Made by a program: the position numbers and the translations under genes. The notes under the pieces were generated by a model. The model did no database searches and had not been told where the DNA came from. It worked only from the letters and a program-made list of their open reading frames with translations. Below are positions 60,420 to 64,000 of a stretch of 64,000 bases of DNA, in pieces (positions within the stretch are counted from its first letter, which is position 1; every line of letters begins with the position of its first letter). Source of the stretch: Squalus acanthias. Its lineage: Eukaryota. The stretch is from the NCBI GenBank assembly GCA_030390025.1, contig CM059432.1, forward strand, positions 6,138,001 to 6,202,000, written 5' to 3'.

Positions 60420-63400
60420 AACATAAGAACATAAGAAATAGGAGCAGGAGTAGACCAATCGGCCCCTCGAGCCTGCTCCGCCATTCAATGAGATCATGGC
60501 TGATCTGATCCAACCTCAACTCTAAAGAACACGAGAAGTCGGAGCAGGACCAGGCCACTCGGCCCCTGGGCCCGCTCCGCCACCCACAGGGCCTTGACCG
60601 ATCCGAACTCAAACTCATGTCCAATTTCCAGCCCGCTCCCCGTAACCCCTAATTCCCTTTACTTCTAGGAAACGGTCTATTTCTGTTTTAAATTTATTTA
60701 ATGAAGTAGCTTCCACAGCTTCCTGGGGTAGCAAATTCCACAGACCCACTACCCTCTGAGTGAAAAAGTTTCTCCTCATCTCAGTTTTGAAAGAGCAGCC
60801 CCTTATTCTAAGATTATGTCCCCTAGTTCTAGTTTCACCCATCATTGGGAACATCCTCACATCCACCCGATCAAGCCCCTTCACAATCTTATATGTTTCA
60901 ATAAGATCGCCTCTCATTCTTCTGAACTCCAATGAGTAGAGTCCCAATCTACTCAACCTCTCCTCGTATGTCCACCCCCTCATCCCCGGAATTAACCGAG
61001 TGAACCTTCTTTGTACTGCCTCGAGAGCAAGTATGTCTTTTCTTAAGTATGGACACCAAAACTGTATGCAGTATTCCAGGTGCGGTCTCACCAATACCTA
61101 CAACTGCAGCAATACCTCCCTGTTTTTATATTCTATCCCCCTAGCAATAAAAGCCAACATTCCGTTGGCTTTCTTGATCACCTGCTGCACCTGCATACTA
61201 ACTTTTTGATTTCCTTGCACCAAGACCCCCAGATCCCTTTGAACTGCAGTACTTTCCAGTTTCTCGCCATTAAGATAATAACTTGCTCTCTGATTTTTCC
61301 TGCTAAAGTGCATAACCTCACATTTTCCAATATTGTATTGCATCTGCCAAATCTCTGCCCACTCACCCAGCCTGTCTATATCCCCTTGTAGGTTTTTTAT
61401 GTCCTCCTCACTCTCTACTTTCCCTCCCATCTTTGTATCATCTGCAAACTTTGATATGTTACACTCGGTCCCCTCCTCCAAATCGTTAATATAGATTGTA
61501 AAGAGTTGGGGACCCAGCACCGACCCCTGCGGAACACCACTGGCTACTGGTTGCCAGTCCGAGAATGAACCATTTATCCCAACTCTCTGCTTCCTGTTAG
61601 ATAACCAATCCTCCACCCATGCCAGAATATTACCCCCAATCCAGTGATTTTTTATCTTGAGCAATAATCTTTTATGTGGCACCTTGTCGAATGCCTTCTG
61701 GAAGTCTAAATACACTACATCCACTGGTTCCCCTTTATCCACCCTGTACGTTATATCCTCAAAGAACTCAAGCAAATTTGTCAGACATGACTTCTCCTTC
61801 ATAAAGCCATGCTGACTTTGTCCTATTAAATTATGTTTATCTAAATGTTCAGTTACTGTCTCCTTAATAATAGACTCCAAAATTTTACCCACCACAGATG
61901 TTAGGCTAACTGGTCTATAATTTCCAGCCTTCTGCCTACAACCCTTTTTAAATAAGGGTGTTACATTAGCAGTTTTTCAATCTGCCGGGACCTTTGCTGA
62001 GTTCAGGGAGTTTTGGAAAATTACCAAAGCATCCACAATTCCTACTGCCACTTCCCTCAAGACCCTAGGATGTAAGCCATCAGGTCCAGGGGATTTATCC
62101 GCCTTGAGTCCCATTATTTTACTGAGTACCAATTCCTTAGTGATTTTAATCGTATTTAGCTCCTCCCCCACTAGAGCCCCTGTTTGTCCAGTGTTGGGAT
62201 ATTCTTACCGTAAAGACTGAAACAAAATATTTGTTCAGCATTTTTGCCATCTCCATGTTTCCCACCATTAATTTCCCGGTCTCATCCTCTAAGGGTCCTA
62301 CGTTTGCCTTAACCACCCTTTTTCTTTTTATATAACTATAGAAACTCTTGCTATCTGTTTTTATATTTTTTGCTGATTTATTTTCATAGTCTATTTTCCC
62401 TTTCTTAATCAATCCTTTAGTTACTTTTTGTTGTCTTTTGAAGACTTCCCAATCTTCTATCCTCCCACTAACTTTGGCTACCTTATATGTCCTTGTTTTT
62501 AGTTGGATACTTTCTTTAATTTCTTTACTTAGCCATGGATGGCTGTCATTTCTTTTACACCCTTTTTTCCCTCAGTGGAATATATTTATTTTGAAAGTTG
62601 TAAAATAACTCCTTGAATGAACACCACTGCTCATGTACCGTCTTACCCTTTAATCTATTTTCCCAGTCCACTTTAATCAATTCCGCTCTCATACCATCAT
62701 AGTCTCCTTTATTCAAGCTCGGTATGCTTGTTTGAGAACCAACCTTCTCACTCTCTAATTGGATATGGAATTCAACCATGTTATGGTCACTCATTCCAAT
62801 GGGATCCTTAACTAGGACATTATTAATTAATCCAGACTCATTACACAGTACCAGGTCCAAGGTTGCTTGCCCCCTTGTAGGATCAGTTACATACTGCTCA
62901 AGAAATCCATCCCTAAGACACTCAATAAACTCTTCCTCAAGGCTGCCCTGCCCAATTTGATTTGTCCAGTTAATATGATAGTTAAAATCCCCCATAATTA
63001 TAGCTGTTCCCTTATTACATGCCCCAACTATTTCCTGATTAATACTTCTTCCAACAGAGTTGCAACTATTAGGAGGCCTATATACTACGCCCACCAGTGT
63101 TTTTTTCCCCTTATTATTCCTTATCTCTACCCAAACTGTTTCATTATCCTGATCTTTTGACCCAATATCATTTCTCTGTATTACAGTGATTCCTTCCTTT
63201 ATTAACATAGCCACCCCCCCTCCCCTTCCTTCCTGCCTGTCCTTCCTGATTGTTAAATACCCTGGCATATTTAATTCCCAGACGTTGTCACCCTGCAGCC
63301 ATGTTTCTGTAATGGCCACAAGATCATACCCATACATAGTTATTTGTGCCGTTAACTCGTCAATTTTGTTACGAATGCTATGTGCAGATAAAGAACTTTC

Positions 63401-64000
63401 AAATGTGTTTTGCGACACTTACTTCCTGCTTTTTCCTTATTTAACACTTTACCTTTTACTCCATACCTTCTGTCCCTTCCTGACATACTTTCCTCTGTCT
63501 CCCTGCTCAGGTTCCCAACCCCCTGCCACATTAGTTTAAATCCTCCCCAACAGCACTAGCAAACACTCCCCCTAGGACAGCGGTCCCGGCCCTGCCCAGG
63601 TGCAGACCGTCCGGTTTGTACTGGTCCCACCTCCCCCAGAACCGGTTCCAATGTCCCAGGAATTTGAATCCCTCCCCCTTGCACCATTCCTCTAGCCACG
63701 TATTCATTTGAAATATCCTCCTATTTCTACTCTGACTAGCACGTGGCACTGGTAGCAATCCTGAGATTACTACCTTTGAGGTCCTATTTTTTAATTTACC
63801 TCCTAACTCCCTATATTCTGCTTTTAGGACCTCATCCCCTTTTTTACCTATATCGTTGGTGCCTATGTGCACCACGACAGCTGGCTGTTCGCCCTACCCC
63901 TCCAAAATGTTCTGTAGCCGCTCCGAGACGTCCTTGACCCTTGCACCAGGGAGGCAACACACCATCCTGGAGTCTCGGTTGCGGCCGCAGAAGCGCCTAT
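60420..64000 (-). mobile_element. Long, fairly young CR1 LINE (ORF1 esterase part, frameshifted ORF2, doubled 3' UTR); runs off the window end
   Basis: VHIGTNDIG...DGLHL (63531-63875); APE ETWL, YRPP, GDFN, SDH (62555-63418); RT QHGF, GVPQGSVLGP, KFADD (61098-61895). Confidence 0.94.

Overview
Vertebrate genomic DNA, most likely a cartilaginous fish (inferred from HE1/V-SINE-like and Deu-domain SINEs and shark-type CR1 elements). The only confident host exon is coding exon 2 of the Hippo-pathway kinase STK3/MST2 (2425-2505, minus strand, 81 nt). Most of the window upstream of it is therefore probably intron 1; I did not find exon 1. The rest is dense with transposable elements: CR1 LINEs of several subfamilies, L2, RTE, Penelope-like elements with hammerhead ribozyme motifs, tRNA-derived SINEs, hAT/Harbinger/Tc1-mariner-type MITEs and a Harbinger transposase relic. 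The most notable observations are: (1) a ~3.25 kb single-ORF APE-RT LINE with a tRNA-like Pol III head that inserted as one unit and has almost no T4 terminators; (2) a ~1.06 kb near-perfect Penelope palindrome with a hammerhead in each arm; (3) a candidate frame-preserving 45-nt cassette exon in STK3 intron 1; (4) an RTE with a ~109-bp target-site duplication; (5) a CR1 whose 5' junction falls at the exactly homologous position of another CR1. All calls were made by eye. Boundaries of old elements are approximate, and family names have not been checked against a database.
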